From Eledone cirrhosa (taxonomy: Eukaryota): a DNA stretch of 64,000 nucleotides. A program made the translations under genes and the position numbers. The notes under the pieces are model-generated. The model ran no database searches and had not been told where the DNA came from. It worked only from the letters and a program-made list of their open reading frames with translations. Where the stretch lies: NCBI GenBank assembly GCA_964016885.1, contig OZ024741.1:123566001-123630000 (forward strand), written 5' to 3'. Below, one piece after another: positions 41,556 through 54,576 of the stretch (positions are counted from its first letter, which is position 1; the number at the start of each line of letters is the position of its first letter).

Positions 41556-42372
41556 TAAGTTTCCAGAGTCCTCGCTTTGCCTGGAAACTTAGATGAGAAC
41601 AGTCTTCCCTGACGACGGAATGTTTCTCTATATCTTCTTCGGAAAATATATTTACTCCATTCCAGAAACTAATTAGTTGGAAGTGATATTTTAGTAAGTA
41701 AGTTAATTTTATAATTTTCTTATTTTACGTCTCTCATATTATTGTTCTGCAACCCCATGCATTGAACCACAATGTTACTAAGACAAAACCTATATATTTG
41801 CTAGCATCGATATGCATCTGTATGTATATATATGTTACTAGATATTAATTATTTATAATTATCTCCAAATTACTTGTCGAGCAATATTGGCCATGACTGC
41901 TGCTATGGTAGTAGGCAGGCCGCTGTCTTATTAGCAAACCACTTTCCACTGATTGACCTCGATGTCACGTGATTGAATCTTTTTGAATTTGCAACAGACG
42001 CAGAGGCAGTGATTTTCTCAATGGCTAGGAATTCAGTCCACGCTTTGCTATTTCCTATCCACTGAATTATTTTTTAATAAGTTTCCAGAGTCCTCGCTTT
42101 GCCTGGAAACTTAGATGAGAATAGTCTTCCCTGACGACGGAATGTTTCTCCTTATCTTCTTCGGAAAATATATTTACTCCATTCCAGAAACTAATTAGTT
42201 GGAAGTGATATTTTAGTAGGTAAGTTAATTTTATAATTTTCTTATTTTACGTCTCTCATATTATTGTTCTGCAACCCCATGCATTGAACGACAATGTTAC
42301 TAAGATAAAACCAATATATTTGCTAGCATTGATATGCATCTGTATGTATATATATGTTCCTAGATATTCATT

Positions 42373-42375
<3 letters not shown>
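41556..42375 (+). repeat. 522-bp tandem unit (~1.6 copies) carrying a hammerhead; retrozyme-like or tandem pseudo-LTR
   Basis: taagtttccagagtcc at 41556 and 42078; ends in (TA)n. Confidence 0.85.
41604..41683 (+). ncRNA. Type I hammerhead ribozyme with long stem II (second copy 42126-42205)
   Basis: CUUCC-CUGACGA-C-GGAAUG..CAUUCC-A-GAAA-CUAAUUAG-UU-GGAAG; perfect palindromic stem III ACUAAUUAGU. Confidence 0.82.
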
Positions 42376-42408
<33 letters not shown>

Positions 42409-43250
42409 CATTTGAAAAATATATAAGTTTAGAAATATAAAATATATAATATAAAATATGAAGTATAATTTTAAAAATGTATTATAATTTTAAAAAATAA
42501 GAATATAGAAAATAAAATCCACAGTATAAAATATGAATTATGAATTATAATTTCCTTATACCCATCATAGGAATTTTCAAAAAAATCCTTCTTCAATTCT
42601 TTCAGTATGTTTATCAAGAAAGGTTTTTCAAGAAAAAAATGTTTTCAAGAAAAATCTTTTCTTTTAAGAGAGTTATAGGCAGTCATATGAAGGAATCTAA
42701 TGAATTATCGATAGGTTTAATAACGATGAGTTATGTATTACATTTTATATATATATTTAAACGTTGAGTTCAATCTATGTTTGCAAGAATTGAAAAGAAT
42801 ATTACTTAAATTAAGAGAATTCTTACTTTTATAATATAATGAATATTTCTCCTATACAAAGAGCACAATTATCAAAAGAAGCATATTTATTTATAAAACT
42901 AAACTATATTATATTTTATCTGAAGAAAGCGCACCATAGTTTACCTTGGTGGCCCTTGAAATATGTATAATGAAATAAATATGGTTTTATAAATATAGTT
43001 TCGATTTGTTAATATATTGTATTTACTCCAATAATTTGTTGAGTGCTTTATATCAGTTATAAAAATATTTTGCTTGTTGTATCCCAACAAATTAAATATA
43101 ACCTCTACATATATATATATCATATATATATATATATATATGTATGTATATATATATATATAATATTAATTCAAATATTACGAAAATAGATATTCTTGTG
43201 ATCAGTGGCAAGTAAGGCTATGGCTATGAGGAGCAGCACGCGTATATAAT

Positions 43251-43429
43251 TGTTTCTACTTTTTGGCACAAGGCCAGCAATTAACCAGTACATTACTGGT
43301 ACTTTATTTTATCGATGAAAGGCAAAGTTGAACTCGGCGGCATTTGAACTCAGACCATCAAGGGCCGTAACTCTTTGCTGCAAAGCATGGTGTCCGACCC
43401 TCTACCGATACTGCCACTCCACCGCTCTC
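43251..43429 (-). mobile_element. tRNA-derived SINE with 17-bp target-site duplication
   Basis: cagcacgcgtatataat at 43234-43250 and 43430-43446. Confidence 0.85.
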
Positions 43430-43609
43430 CAGCACGCGTATATAATAGCACGTAGTTGGACAAATTGTTCAAATCGTCCCCCCTCAAACCTTTTACTTGC
43501 CACTGTGGTTTTATCGCGATGCTTGCGTTCTATCTACAACTTAAAAATAACCAATCACATTAGAATCAGTGATGTTCTGACTAAATGCAACACGTCACGA
43601 GAGAAGCTA

Positions 43610-43835
43610 TCCTCATGAAGGTTCAGCTCAGGTGAACAGGGTATCCGTCTCGTATGAGCGATAGCAGACATCCGAAGAAGTTCATTTTTGGTCAGTTTCC
43701 GGCATCTATGTCTACTGGAAATCCACTCTAGCACTTCACTGACAATCTCAAAGACAATCCGAAACTATGACACATCCCCTTCTCTCCGAGGGGGAATAAA
43801 GCCTCAGAAAACAAGAGCTGGTCCCAATGCTGCTT
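43610..43835 (+). pseudogene. Decayed RTE-type LINE 3' fragment
   Basis: QLR*TG..RMSDSRHPKK..FGQ resembles the RTE QLRWxGHVxRMxDxRxPK motif. Confidence 0.4.
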
Positions 43836-43898
<63 letters not shown>

Positions 43899-44194
43899 GA
43901 CGGTGCCATCAGCCGGATGGCTGGAACAGGTAAAATAGTAAAAGAGTAAATAGGTCAACATTGAAGAATTTAGCTTCTCGTGCCATGGATTCTGATTCCG
44001 TTACATGGTCAACAATTTGAAAAAGAAACCGATTGTTTCAAACCTGTAATTGACTGGAGCATTAGCTTATCAACAATTATTCCAAACCACAACGTTTGAA
44101 ACAAGATTTATGAAATATATCCGACATGGTACGTATTTACCTAATTCCAGTATAACTAAAGACACCCCAATATCTGTTTAATCGTATTACATTA

Positions 44195-45146
44195 CTAGCC
44201 AAATTACCCGCGCCTTGCTGCGTTATAAATATTTGTTTTTTTTTTTGTAAGAAAATGATGATTGATTTTAAATCAGTGATATAATTTGTGGAGAAACACT
44301 CTGCGTTTCAATATTACTCAATATAAAATGTAATGCATGGAAAATTGGAAAACATTTTTTTGTAATATATAAAATCAAAATTACATTATTAAATCTTATT
44401 CTTATTTTGTTTCTTGCATATAATTTTTTTAAAATATCAATTCAAAACTTGATCATTTCATTTTTGTGTAAAGCATTATTTTCAAATTAGAAATTCAAAG
44501 TTCAATTATATATTTTTAACATAATAAATACATGAAAGTATATTTTATACTTTGTCCTATTGAAGAACTTCAGGATAAACAACATTTCTTAATTGGCTAA
44601 AATGTAGAGATTTTTTGAAGTTCCAGTCCTTGAAACAGCCACATAAAACATGCCATGACTGAAACATGGGTTTGTCAGATCTATACCAATAGTTTTGAAA
44701 GTTTGACCTTGGCTTGGTATAAGTGGAATGCTCGGAATGAGAAGAGCTTACCTTTGTAAGCCCCGAAAATAGTTGCTTGAATCAAGTTCTCGTGAAATCT
44801 TGTTACAACACATCTTGTTCCATTTATTGGCCACAATTTTCACTATAGGATTTAACCCCCATTAGGGTGCCTTAATATTATTGAAATTTGCTGAATTTTT
44901 GTGAATAGGCATCATATTTTGTCATTTACATATTCAGCGGGGTTTGTGCTCCCATGACCCCCCCCCCCATCCATGGACCCCTCTGATTAAAATGATATAT
45001 ACTTATCCACGTACCCAGGGCAATGTAATTTTAGAATATATATGGTTATGTGGGTCTATCTCCAAACCCATAGGAGTTCGTGAACAAGCAAACAAACAAA
45101 CAAACAAAAAAAAAACAGACAGGAACTACAACTTTATATATATAAA
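44195..45146 (-). mobile_element. Non-autonomous Helitron-like element
   Basis: A|CTAG at 44194-44198 followed by GC-rich cccgcgccttgctgcg; other end reads (minus) tttatatatataaagttgtag..ctgtctgttt. Confidence 0.55.
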
Positions 45147-45805
45147 TGTTAACCACAGTGGATATATGCTTCACTTACCAAGAACGCTATATTATGAAAT
45201 ATGCCATTTCCAGAAGATCTCGAATATATTCCCAAACGTAAGTTTGTCTCAAATATGAAAATTACGCTATTCCTTTCTATTTATGATAAATTGTATACCA
45301 ATTTTGTTAAATAAACAAGTCTATTCTGCACAGAAATTAGAATTTCAGGTACAAATAGTTAATATACACACTATGAATTGGTCCTGAATTATAGATTTGG
45401 TTTCCTGAGACACTATCAACATTTTGCAGCTTTTACGTTGAAGTTTATCTAAATTAAATCGATCAGTAAGTCAATCAGTGTTTGCCAGAAATAATTTGTA
45501 AATTAGTTCACAATTTTTTTACGTATAAACATTTAACTGATTGCATCATTTACGTGTTACGGGCGCAGACATGGTTGAGTGGTAAAGACGTTCACTTCGT
45601 AATCATGAGATATTTTGTTTTCTGTAAGATCGAAGCGATGATAGACCATAGCAAAATTCTTCATAGACTGTTTCTTTTTTTGAATGAGAGAGGGCAGCGT
45701 TGAAATCAACAACGTGACAGAAGCAAAACAAGTAAAAAATGTTCGGTTGGCTCATGAACAAGAGCGAAGCTCCTGTCTCTTATAATTACCCCATGGTAAA
45801 TGACA

Positions 45806-46378
45806 TCTTAACTATAATTAAGGAAGGTCTGCCGGATTGCGTCCAAAATATATTTTTTTATCACGTTTGTAAAATAAGTTGGATTACTTTGAATAAATAA
45901 TGAATGAATATTACATAATTTATCTGCTAAATTTCGAGGCTGTTGATTACATATATTTTAGAGCTTAATCTTTAAAATTCACTTCTTTAAAATTATCAAA
46001 TGTTAACACTTCCGGTTAACTTTGCCTTTCATCCTTACGTGGTCGATAAAATAAAGTACCAGTAATGCACTGGGATAATTGCTGGCCTTGTGCCAAAAGT
46101 AGAAACAGTTATATTATAACACTTATAATCGCATATATTTCCGTCGCTAATTTTCTCCTAATGCAGTTTATATATAATGTCGTTTTTTTTTAAATATATC
46201 ATGGATTACTGATTACAGAAGACAGTGTAACATAGGCTTTGTTCAATTTCTGTGTATATTGTCAATTACGATTTTATTTGAAGTATCATATTTACATGCA
46301 TATATATTTGTGTATAATATCTATATAAACACTACACATGCTAGCAGAAAACCACCCGTCGGGTGGTTTTTCTCCTAG
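45806..46378 (+). mobile_element. Non-autonomous Helitron (same family as 25511) with SINE 3' half at ~46015-46110
   Basis: A|TC start; aaaaccaccc-gtc-gggtggtttt hairpin; CTAG|T end. Confidence 0.8.
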
Positions 46379-47761
46379 TTTATCCTAATGACTGGGAAGC
46401 GAAGGCTTTAAATATTGAGCTGCCTCATCCACTCCTTGAAATTCAAAATCATTTTACAACTACATTTTTATAATTCTGAGATAGCTGGCATTAGAACCTG
46501 AGGAATATCTATAGCTGTAAGAAAACCTAGCTGAAACATGAGTTGTTTTTGTACGTTTGTCTGTTTTTAAGAAATATGAATCCATTGAAAAAACATTCAA
46601 TTTCAAAATAGAGTGGTTGAGAATGGAATATAAAAAAAATATTTAGAATTGACAAATAAAAAAACATTAAAATTAAGTTGAAAGTGTTTGTTAATCTGTC
46701 TTTTGTTTGCTCTGCCATAATTCTCTAGAGAGAACAACTTTTCCCACAACATATGTCAATCTATTATTTTTTCAAAGACACTTTAAAAGTCACTATTAAA
46801 AAAATAAACTTCAGGTGTTGTTTTTTTTCATTGCTATTTACATTCTTTTCGGTAGATAATTTATTGTTCTTTTTGTCTCATATTTCTAAAAAAAAAATAC
46901 ATGTTATATTTAAAATGTTATACAATAAACACCGTCATATAATGTTTGTTTGTTTATTTTTACTCTTCTTCGGATATGGGAGAGCTTTATTAGAGATTCA
47001 AGAAACACACAAGTACTTCTTTGTTTCTGTTGTTTGAATTAAAAAAAAACACTAACTTTCTCATTCATTTTTACAATGTATTTTCTTATTCGTCCGTACA
47101 ATTGCCACCATTATGTATCTTAAGTTTTTGTCTTTAGTCAATAGTAAATAGTCGAAGCTAAGAAAATATAGATTTAGTTTTTACCTAGCTGTAAACAAAA
47201 TGATCAATATAAATATTCTTTTACTTTAATTATAATTTCCAAAAACAAAACTACTTTAGAAAATAATTTATATTTGAATAAAAATATACATTAAGATAAA
47301 AAAAAAACAAATGTCAATTAATTTTTATTACATGAGAAAGTTACAGGAAAACAATATAATTTATTTTCTTGTGGGCTATTATTTTCTTTCTCATAATAAT
47401 AAATAAGACATGCCCATTTATCTAGAAAACACAACTGTCATAATTCTGTCATTTGCAATTCTATTGTTCTCTTATATTATCAAAATGATCTATTTAATTT
47501 TAGAAAAAAATGAGGTATTTATCTATTACGATATTTAAATAAATACATATTTTATATTAATGATGTCTTCTGTAGACGGGCGCTATAAAATATAGGAGCA
47601 GAGGGCATAGAATGGCCAGAAACATAATTTTGAATTATCATTGAATTATTATAATATTATTACTATTGATACTAGCTCTTTGTGGCTTATAAAGAAACCA
47701 TTGCTGCTACTACCACTACTGTTGTTGCTTCTGCTGCTACTATTTCTACTAATAATGCTTT

Positions 47762-50700
47762 CTTTATTAACCACAAGGGTTTACACAAAGTAAGACATTA
47801 AGGACAGTACAGGACAATACAGGACGGTGCAAATGGGCATTTCTGCGTATAAAAAAAACAAAAAACTGAGGATATAACAAAAAACGAACAATGAAAAATT
47901 CCCCAATAGGGGGGAGACTTCCGAGGGCCATCGGGGGAAAAGCCCATTAAAAATCCACGGTGACCCTGACCACCAGGGCAAGTGCCTTCTCCCAGTTTTC
48001 CACCTTCAATTTACGGGCCATTCTTGCCTCTCTCACACATCTTCAACAAAATGCTGGGAAAGGAGCACTTCCCTCTCTAGCCTGATTTTCCTTTTCAAAT
48101 GAAATTTGAAAGAGTTAATCAGGCATCACCGAAGAGGTAAGTGCTCGTCTTCAGCCATTTCAGACGCGTCCAATATACTATCGCGTTCGCCATGGCCACC
48201 AGACAGATAAAAACTGCCTGCCCTTCCCGGCTAAAGGAAGAGGGTAGGACAAACCTCACGATGGACTCACATGATAGCCGGATCCGTTCTACACGCGACA
48301 GCAGGTGTTCGACATAAACCCACAAGTTAGCAATGCTCGGACACTGGACGAGTGCACGCAGGACGGTTTCGTCGCCCTGCGCGCATCTCGGACATGCCGG
48401 GCTGACTGCACTTCCATCCCTGTAGAGTTTAGCCCGAACTGGCAAAGCTCCTCTAGCACTGCAAGACCAAGGATTTCTGGAAATTGTCCATGGGCCCCTG
48501 CCCGAAAGGTCTTCTGAAGAGATTGGCTAGTTGATTTTCGTCGACGCCTAGAGTTTCCCCAAGTACGTTGTCGCTCTTCCCCTCCACTAATCCTATATAG
48601 AACGCCAAGGTTAAGTTTGCACCGATCACATTGCCCGACTGGTCGAGGTTCGTGAGCGCCTGAAGACATTCCAGTCTCGAAGCGCTCAATCTCGGTCTTC
48701 GCTTGACCCAGGACTGCAGATCCGTCAAGGAGACGAGCTGGTGAAAGATGCGGCTAGCAAACGGCGACCACACCTGATCACCGCCGAGGAAGAGGTGGAC
48801 ATGTTGTAGCCTGAGCGCGTGTCTGCACATCATCAGCCACGGCATGCCCAGCCCTCCATGTAGCGGATGTTGACAGCAGATGGACCGCTTGACCATCGGA
48901 GCGCGTCCCTTCCACAAAAAGCGAAATAACAAACGCTCCAGCGCAGTCAGGCGAGGCTTAATTCAAGGCATCACGTTTAGGCGGTAGTAGATGACAGATG
49001 CGATGTACGCATTCGCCACCTCCGCTCGACCTTTCAGGGATAGCTTCTTCTTCTCACATTTCTGGGTGGGAGAAGCCACCCTGCTCGTCACCTAGTCCCA
49101 GTTTTTGTCCGTCTGGAGATCCGGACCGAACCAGAACACTAGCAATTTAACCGGTCAGTCCGTCCAGCTCCCGACAACGCTGTTAGACGGCATGGACCTG
49201 CCTCTCCAGGTCCGAGCTGCAGGTCGACCGACTTTTCTTGGTTGAACATTGCTCCTCTGACCGCTTCGTATTCTCTTAGTGTAGTGCCGATCGCCTCGAT
49301 GTGTTTGGCGTTCGACACCACTACGGTGACATCGTCCGCATATGCTGACACGGATCTTCCGCATCCTAGTTCGCGTGGGACACCCCTCAACGTCTCCAGT
49401 TTGTGCAGTAATGGCTCGAGAGTCAATACGTAAAAGAGGGACGAGAGGGGACATCCTTGGCGGACCGAGCACATGTTGGTGACCGTTCACTCTCACCACG
49501 GAAAAGATGTCCTGAGGGCGGCTGGCTTCGGGCCCGTCTTCAGAGGCTGGATCGCTACAGCGATCCAGCCTCTGAAGACGAAAGCCAGCCGCCCTCAGAA
49601 CTGCCGCCAGATAACAATGGTCGACCTTATCGAAAGCTTTCGACTGATCTAAATTGATCAAGGACCCACCCGTACCAGGTTCCATAGCTACCCTCTCCAC
49701 GATGTATCGCATGAGGTGTAGGTTATCGGGGATGGATCTGTTTGAAATGGCGCAAGTCTGCGCCTCTCCCACCAGACCACCAACGACAAGCGCCAACCTC
49801 TTTTCTAGCATCGTGGCCAAAATCTTGAACTCTGTGTTTAACAGAGTTATGGGCCTGAAATTATCTATGTTATTCCCCTTGTTCTCAGTAGCGCCATTGC
49901 TCCTGGGCTCACGGTGCTGGGAATTCTACCGTTCTGTTGCAAGTTGCAGTAGACGTCCGCCAAGAGGCTCCCGAACAAGTCTGGCATCTGTACGTAAAGT
50001 TCATAGGGCAGACGATCCAAACCAGGCAATTTACCCCTTGTGCAGCCAGTCATTGCCGCCCGTACTTCAGCGGCTGTTATCGGCTTTTCGCAACACTCCT
50101 CCTCAGTCGCCGAGACCCGCGGCAGTCCGTCAAGGTAGGCATTAAAGTCCATCCCTCGATCCGGCCCACCTCTTCCCCCGAACAGCTGAGCGAAGTGTCG
50201 CTGAAAAGCTTCACACATTTTCCCGGGATCGAGTAACATGCGCCCGTCGTGGTACACCAAAGACAAGATCGTGGCTTTGTTGCCACGTCGCGCCTCCGCC
50301 ACTCGGGCCCATTGAACAGCTTTCGTCCCCTCGTGTCTGAGAGCACGCACACTAACTCTGACAACGCAGCCTTCGTGCTTTGCATTGAAGAATTGGTTAA
50401 GAGCCAATTTCGCCGCAAGTACGTCGGTCGAGATGCCTTTGCTAAGCGCCTCGTCTAATTTTCTAACTAGTTCTCCCTCTGCTCTATTTTTCTCTATTGC
50501 TAAAGCCTTACTAAACCTAATGAGCTCTATTCTAATTGCTCTTTTCAGAGAAAACCACCATTTGTTGTTGACGATGTCCCCCATCACACCCGCTTAACTA
50601 GTTCGCTAATCTGGTCTCTGTAGGCCTTGCGCGCTGTTAATGACGCGTTTAGCTTCCAGTAGCCGGGTCCCTGTCTATGAAGCTTATTTAAGTCAACCAC

Positions 50701-51480
50701 ACAGATCACGAATTTGTGGTCCGTGTAGCTCTCTATCTTGAATTGTGGACAGCCTATACTAGACCTATCTATTTCCCTACAAAATACTCTATCTAGATAT
50801 GATCTGGATGACCCGACGCGCTTTGTCCAAGTCCACATTGGCACATTCGCGAAATCCAATCGGTACCTGTCCGACAGTTGAAACCGGCTGAGTAGGTCTG
50901 TGAGGCTTTTACACCCTCCTCCCGTATCCGCTAATCCCACACAATCCCAGCGTGAATCTAAGATCCTGTTCCACTAGAGAATGGGTCGTTCCAAGAAAGG
51001 TCTCCAGACACCGGAAGAATTCAGGCCGTCCTGCTCCTGTTGGGGCATAGGCGGCCACTAGCCTGAAAGCTTCTCCTTCTCCGCTGGTCACGTCCAGTAT
51101 CAACAACTTACCCTCTGGGTCCAAGAAGAGTGCCCGTATCTCGAGATCCAGACTTCTCCGGAACAACAAGCACCCCCCCCCCTCCGACAGATTGGAGATG
51201 TGTACACCTCGTAGCCGCCGAAAATATGGGCGTATGGGCGAATGCCTGTGTCTCCGATATTCTGGTCTCGCTGTTGGACACCACATCTATGTTTTAGCGA
51301 CCTGAGATCATTCAGCAGGCGGCCCTGCTTCCAAGATGACCCCAGGCCACGTACAATTATGCTACCTATTCTGAGAGAAGCCATGTTGGCTAGGATAGGA
51401 GGAAAACAAGTGAGAAGGGAGAGGTACAAAAAAATTACCCGTGGCTCTTCTTTACGAATGCGGTGGGTGATCCATCCCTC
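47762..51480 (-). mobile_element. Tx1/L1-clade LINE, ORF2 (APE-RT-Cys domain) disrupted, ORF1 missing
   Basis: LRIGSIIVRGL; SYLDRV; DHKFV; GPGYWKLNASL; PGLDRLPYELY; DQSKAFDKVD; VRQGCPLS; AYADDV; CPRC..ET..C; AATAAA at the 3' end. Confidence 0.9.
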
Positions 51481-51570
51481 CGACCATTGTTGGGTTTCTC
51501 CATGAGAATATCCGTGAATATTCTTTTGGTGATAATACGACTACATTTACAGCTTATTATTATTATTATT

Positions 51571-51764
51571 AGGCGGTGGATTGGCTGTATCGGTAGAGGG
51601 TCGGACGCCATGCTTTCCAGCATAGTTATGTCCCTTTACGGACTGAGTTCAAATCCCGCCGAGGTTGACTTTGCCTTTCATCCTTACAGGGTCGATAAAA
51701 TAAAGTACCAGTAATGCACTGGGTAATTGCTGGCCTTGTGCCTAAAGTAGAAACACTTATTATA

Positions 51765-51808
<44 letters not shown>
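51571..51808 (+). mobile_element. Well-preserved tRNA-derived SINE with (ATT)n tail
   Basis: B-box-like gagttcaaatcc; central gcctttcatccttacagggtcgataaaataaagtaccag (resembles the MetaSINE domain, from memory). Confidence 0.85.
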
Positions 51809-51809
<1 letters not shown>

Positions 51810-51987
51810 GTTGCATTTATCTTGCTTTATGTTCATACGAGTTATCACCAAGTCACAACCAGTGACCTCAAGAGACAACAAGGTCCGCCATGTTCAAGAA
51901 AGAACATACATATTCACACATGCATCTTTAGTGTTTAGACTTGTGATGTACTTATATTGACAGAATATTCCTTAGTATATGGGCAGT

Positions 51988-52635
51988 TCACATTAGTACT
52001 ATCTTTTGTATTTCTCCTATACGCGGGTTTCCTGGGATTTGCGATATGTAATCATTAGACCCCTTAGGTATCATTCCCAGAGCGCCTACAACCACTGGTA
52101 TTGTTTTAGTTCTCAATTTCCACATTTTTCCAATTTCTATCTCCAGGTCCTTATACTTGCTCAATTTTTCAAATGTTTTTATAGATACATTCTTGTCTAT
52201 TGGAACAGACATATCAATTAGCAGGCATACCCTCTTTTGAAAGTCCTTCAATATTATATCAGGTATATTTGCATCTATTTTTCGATCTGTTTGGATGCTA
52301 AAGTTCCACAAGATTGAGATGTGATCTTTTTCAAGTATGGGAGGTGGTTGATGCTCCCACCAATTCTTTTGATGGGGCAGGTCAAAATGCTTACACATTA
52401 TCCAATGTATGTATTGTGCAGCTCTGTCATGCCTGTTTAGGTATTTGGTTGGAGCTATAGGACTGCACATTGAAATTATATGGTCAATGGTCTCTGGTTG
52501 TTTTTTGCATACACTGCATAATGGGCTGCACCCATTTTTTATTATGTTGGCTTGGTAATTTTTTGTTGGCAGACACTGATCTTGTGCTGATATAGTCAGT
52601 CCTTCAGTCTCCGATTTCAGTCCAGAGGATGCCAA
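51988..52635 (-). pseudogene. CCHC plus PD..D/K restriction-like endonuclease of the R4/Dong element
   Basis: 215-aa segment with CxxC..H..C, RHD, PD..D and KxxKY. Confidence 0.88.
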
Positions 52636-53310
52636 CCACTGATGGGTTAAAGTTTTGTCAACATCAGGATTGTTAGCTCGCTCTGGGTATTTTCCATACA
52701 GAGGCTTTTCTTGTCATTTCTTAGCCAGTTTCTGTAGCAGTTCTTTCTTTGCAGTTACTTTTACCTGCTTTGCTTTTTCTGTGTTTTCCATTTCAGCAGT
52801 AAATGGGACTTCTGAAATTTGTAGTCCATTACTGTATCTTTGTGCATCTTTTGTAATGGAATATGATCTTTTGATGCTTTCGTGTTTCAAAACGAGTTTG
52901 ATCATCCAATCATGTGATTCCCTTAGATATGTAGATAATCCAATTGTTGCAGTTTTCAACGCAATGTCTAACTGGATTAACCCACGTCCTCTTTCTTTCC
53001 TAGGGAGATATATTCTATCTATATCTGCCTTAGGGTGATGCATTCTGTGCATGGTTAAGAATTTTCGAATTTTTGTATCGAGCCTACGGATCTCTGTGCT
53101 TGACCAGTTGATGACATTGTAACTGTAGGTTACTACTGGTATGGCAAGCGAGTTTATGGCATCGATCCTATTCCTTGCATTCAATTCCGTTCTTAAGATT
53201 GCTCTTACTCTGCGTTAACATTCCTTCCTTATCCCTTCCTTCATTATTGAGTTCTTGATTCCGTCTCCTTCACAAACACCTAGATATTTGTAAGTTTCCT
53301 CTCGATAAAA

Positions 53311-54576
53311 TTATGTTATCACATTCCCCCGATCAAGATTAACGTCTGAACTTTTCAGCAGCTTTCCTCTGGTGAACGTTGCTTTGGCGCATTTATCTAG
53401 TCCAAACTCCATTTTAATGTCATCACTGAACTGCTCCACAGTGGATAATAGCCCTTGCAATTGTTCATCATTTTTTGCAAATAGTTTCAGGTCATCCATG
53501 TAGAACAGGTGTTTAATGGTTTTGTCATAGACTTTATATCCATGTTTTGTTTCATTGGGCATTTTACTTAATGGTATAAGTGCGATGCGGAATAAAAGCG
53601 GTGATAAAGAGTCACCCTGAAAAATTCCACAATTAATATTAACTTCTCCAGCTTCCAGTGATTTTGTTTCACTATTCAAAAGGAGTGTCGTTTTCCATGT
53701 CTTCATACTGAATGACAAAAACCTCATGACAACGGGGGATATTTTGAAAATCTCTAAACATTTTTCAATCCAACTGTGTGGCAAACTATCGAATGCTTTT
53801 TTATAATCTATCCAAGCAATCGATAGATTTTTGTGTCTATTATGACAATCTTCCAGTATCATTTTGTTAACCAGAAGCTGATCCTTACAGCCATATGAGC
53901 CTTTCTGCTCAATGGGAAATAGGTCATTTGTTATCAGGTGGTCATATGTGTATTCAGTTAGGACTGATGTTAAAATTTTATACATTGTGGTCAAGCAAGT
54001 TATCGGTCTGTAATTTTTGGGATTGTTTGTCTCATCATTCTTCGGAAGCAGGAATGTAATGCCGTTAACTAGCCATGATGATATCTTTTCTGGCTCCTTA
54101 ACTATTTCATTGTAAAGTTGGGCTAACAGCTCATGAGACTCTGTGAAGGCATTTATCCAAAAGTTTTGTATTTTGTCTTTTCCTGGGGATTTCCATTTGC
54201 TGGTTTTTCTTAGAGCCAAGCGCAACTGTTCAACTGTTATATTTTCCCATATTTGTTCCTCAAGGTGAGCTGTATCTTTCATTTGTCTGTCTATCCATGG
54301 GGCATGTATGTTATGAACTTTTTCTTCGGCCCAGATCTTTTCCCAGAATTCTTGCACTTCCTCCTTGGGTGGTATTGATTTAGTAGTTATTGTTGACTTA
54401 CCAATTTTTCTGTAGAAGTTTCTTTGGTTGTTTTTGAACATATTATTGTCCTTATAGAATCTAGATCGTTTTTCAAAGCGCCTTATACGAGCAGCTTTGG
54501 CCGACACTTTTTGCTTGATTATTTCTATCAGCATGTCTATGTCACATGTTGATTTTATACTGTACCTTTTTTTCAA
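53311..54576 (-). pseudogene. Reverse transcriptase core of the R4/Dong element
   Basis: 421-aa segment with RT motifs through YMDD. Confidence 0.88.

Larger units (their letters stand above)
40390..43110. mobile_element. Composite bounded by outward-facing copies of one repeat end (40390-40578 minus; 42905-43110 plus)
   Basis: catatttcaagggccaccaagg..ctttcatcagataaaat versus attttatctgaagaaag..ccttggtggcccttgaaatatg; both run into (TA)n. Confidence 0.6.

Noticed and set aside
51571-51670. tRNA gene
   Set aside because: The B-box-like motif belongs to a SINE head; no cloverleaf.
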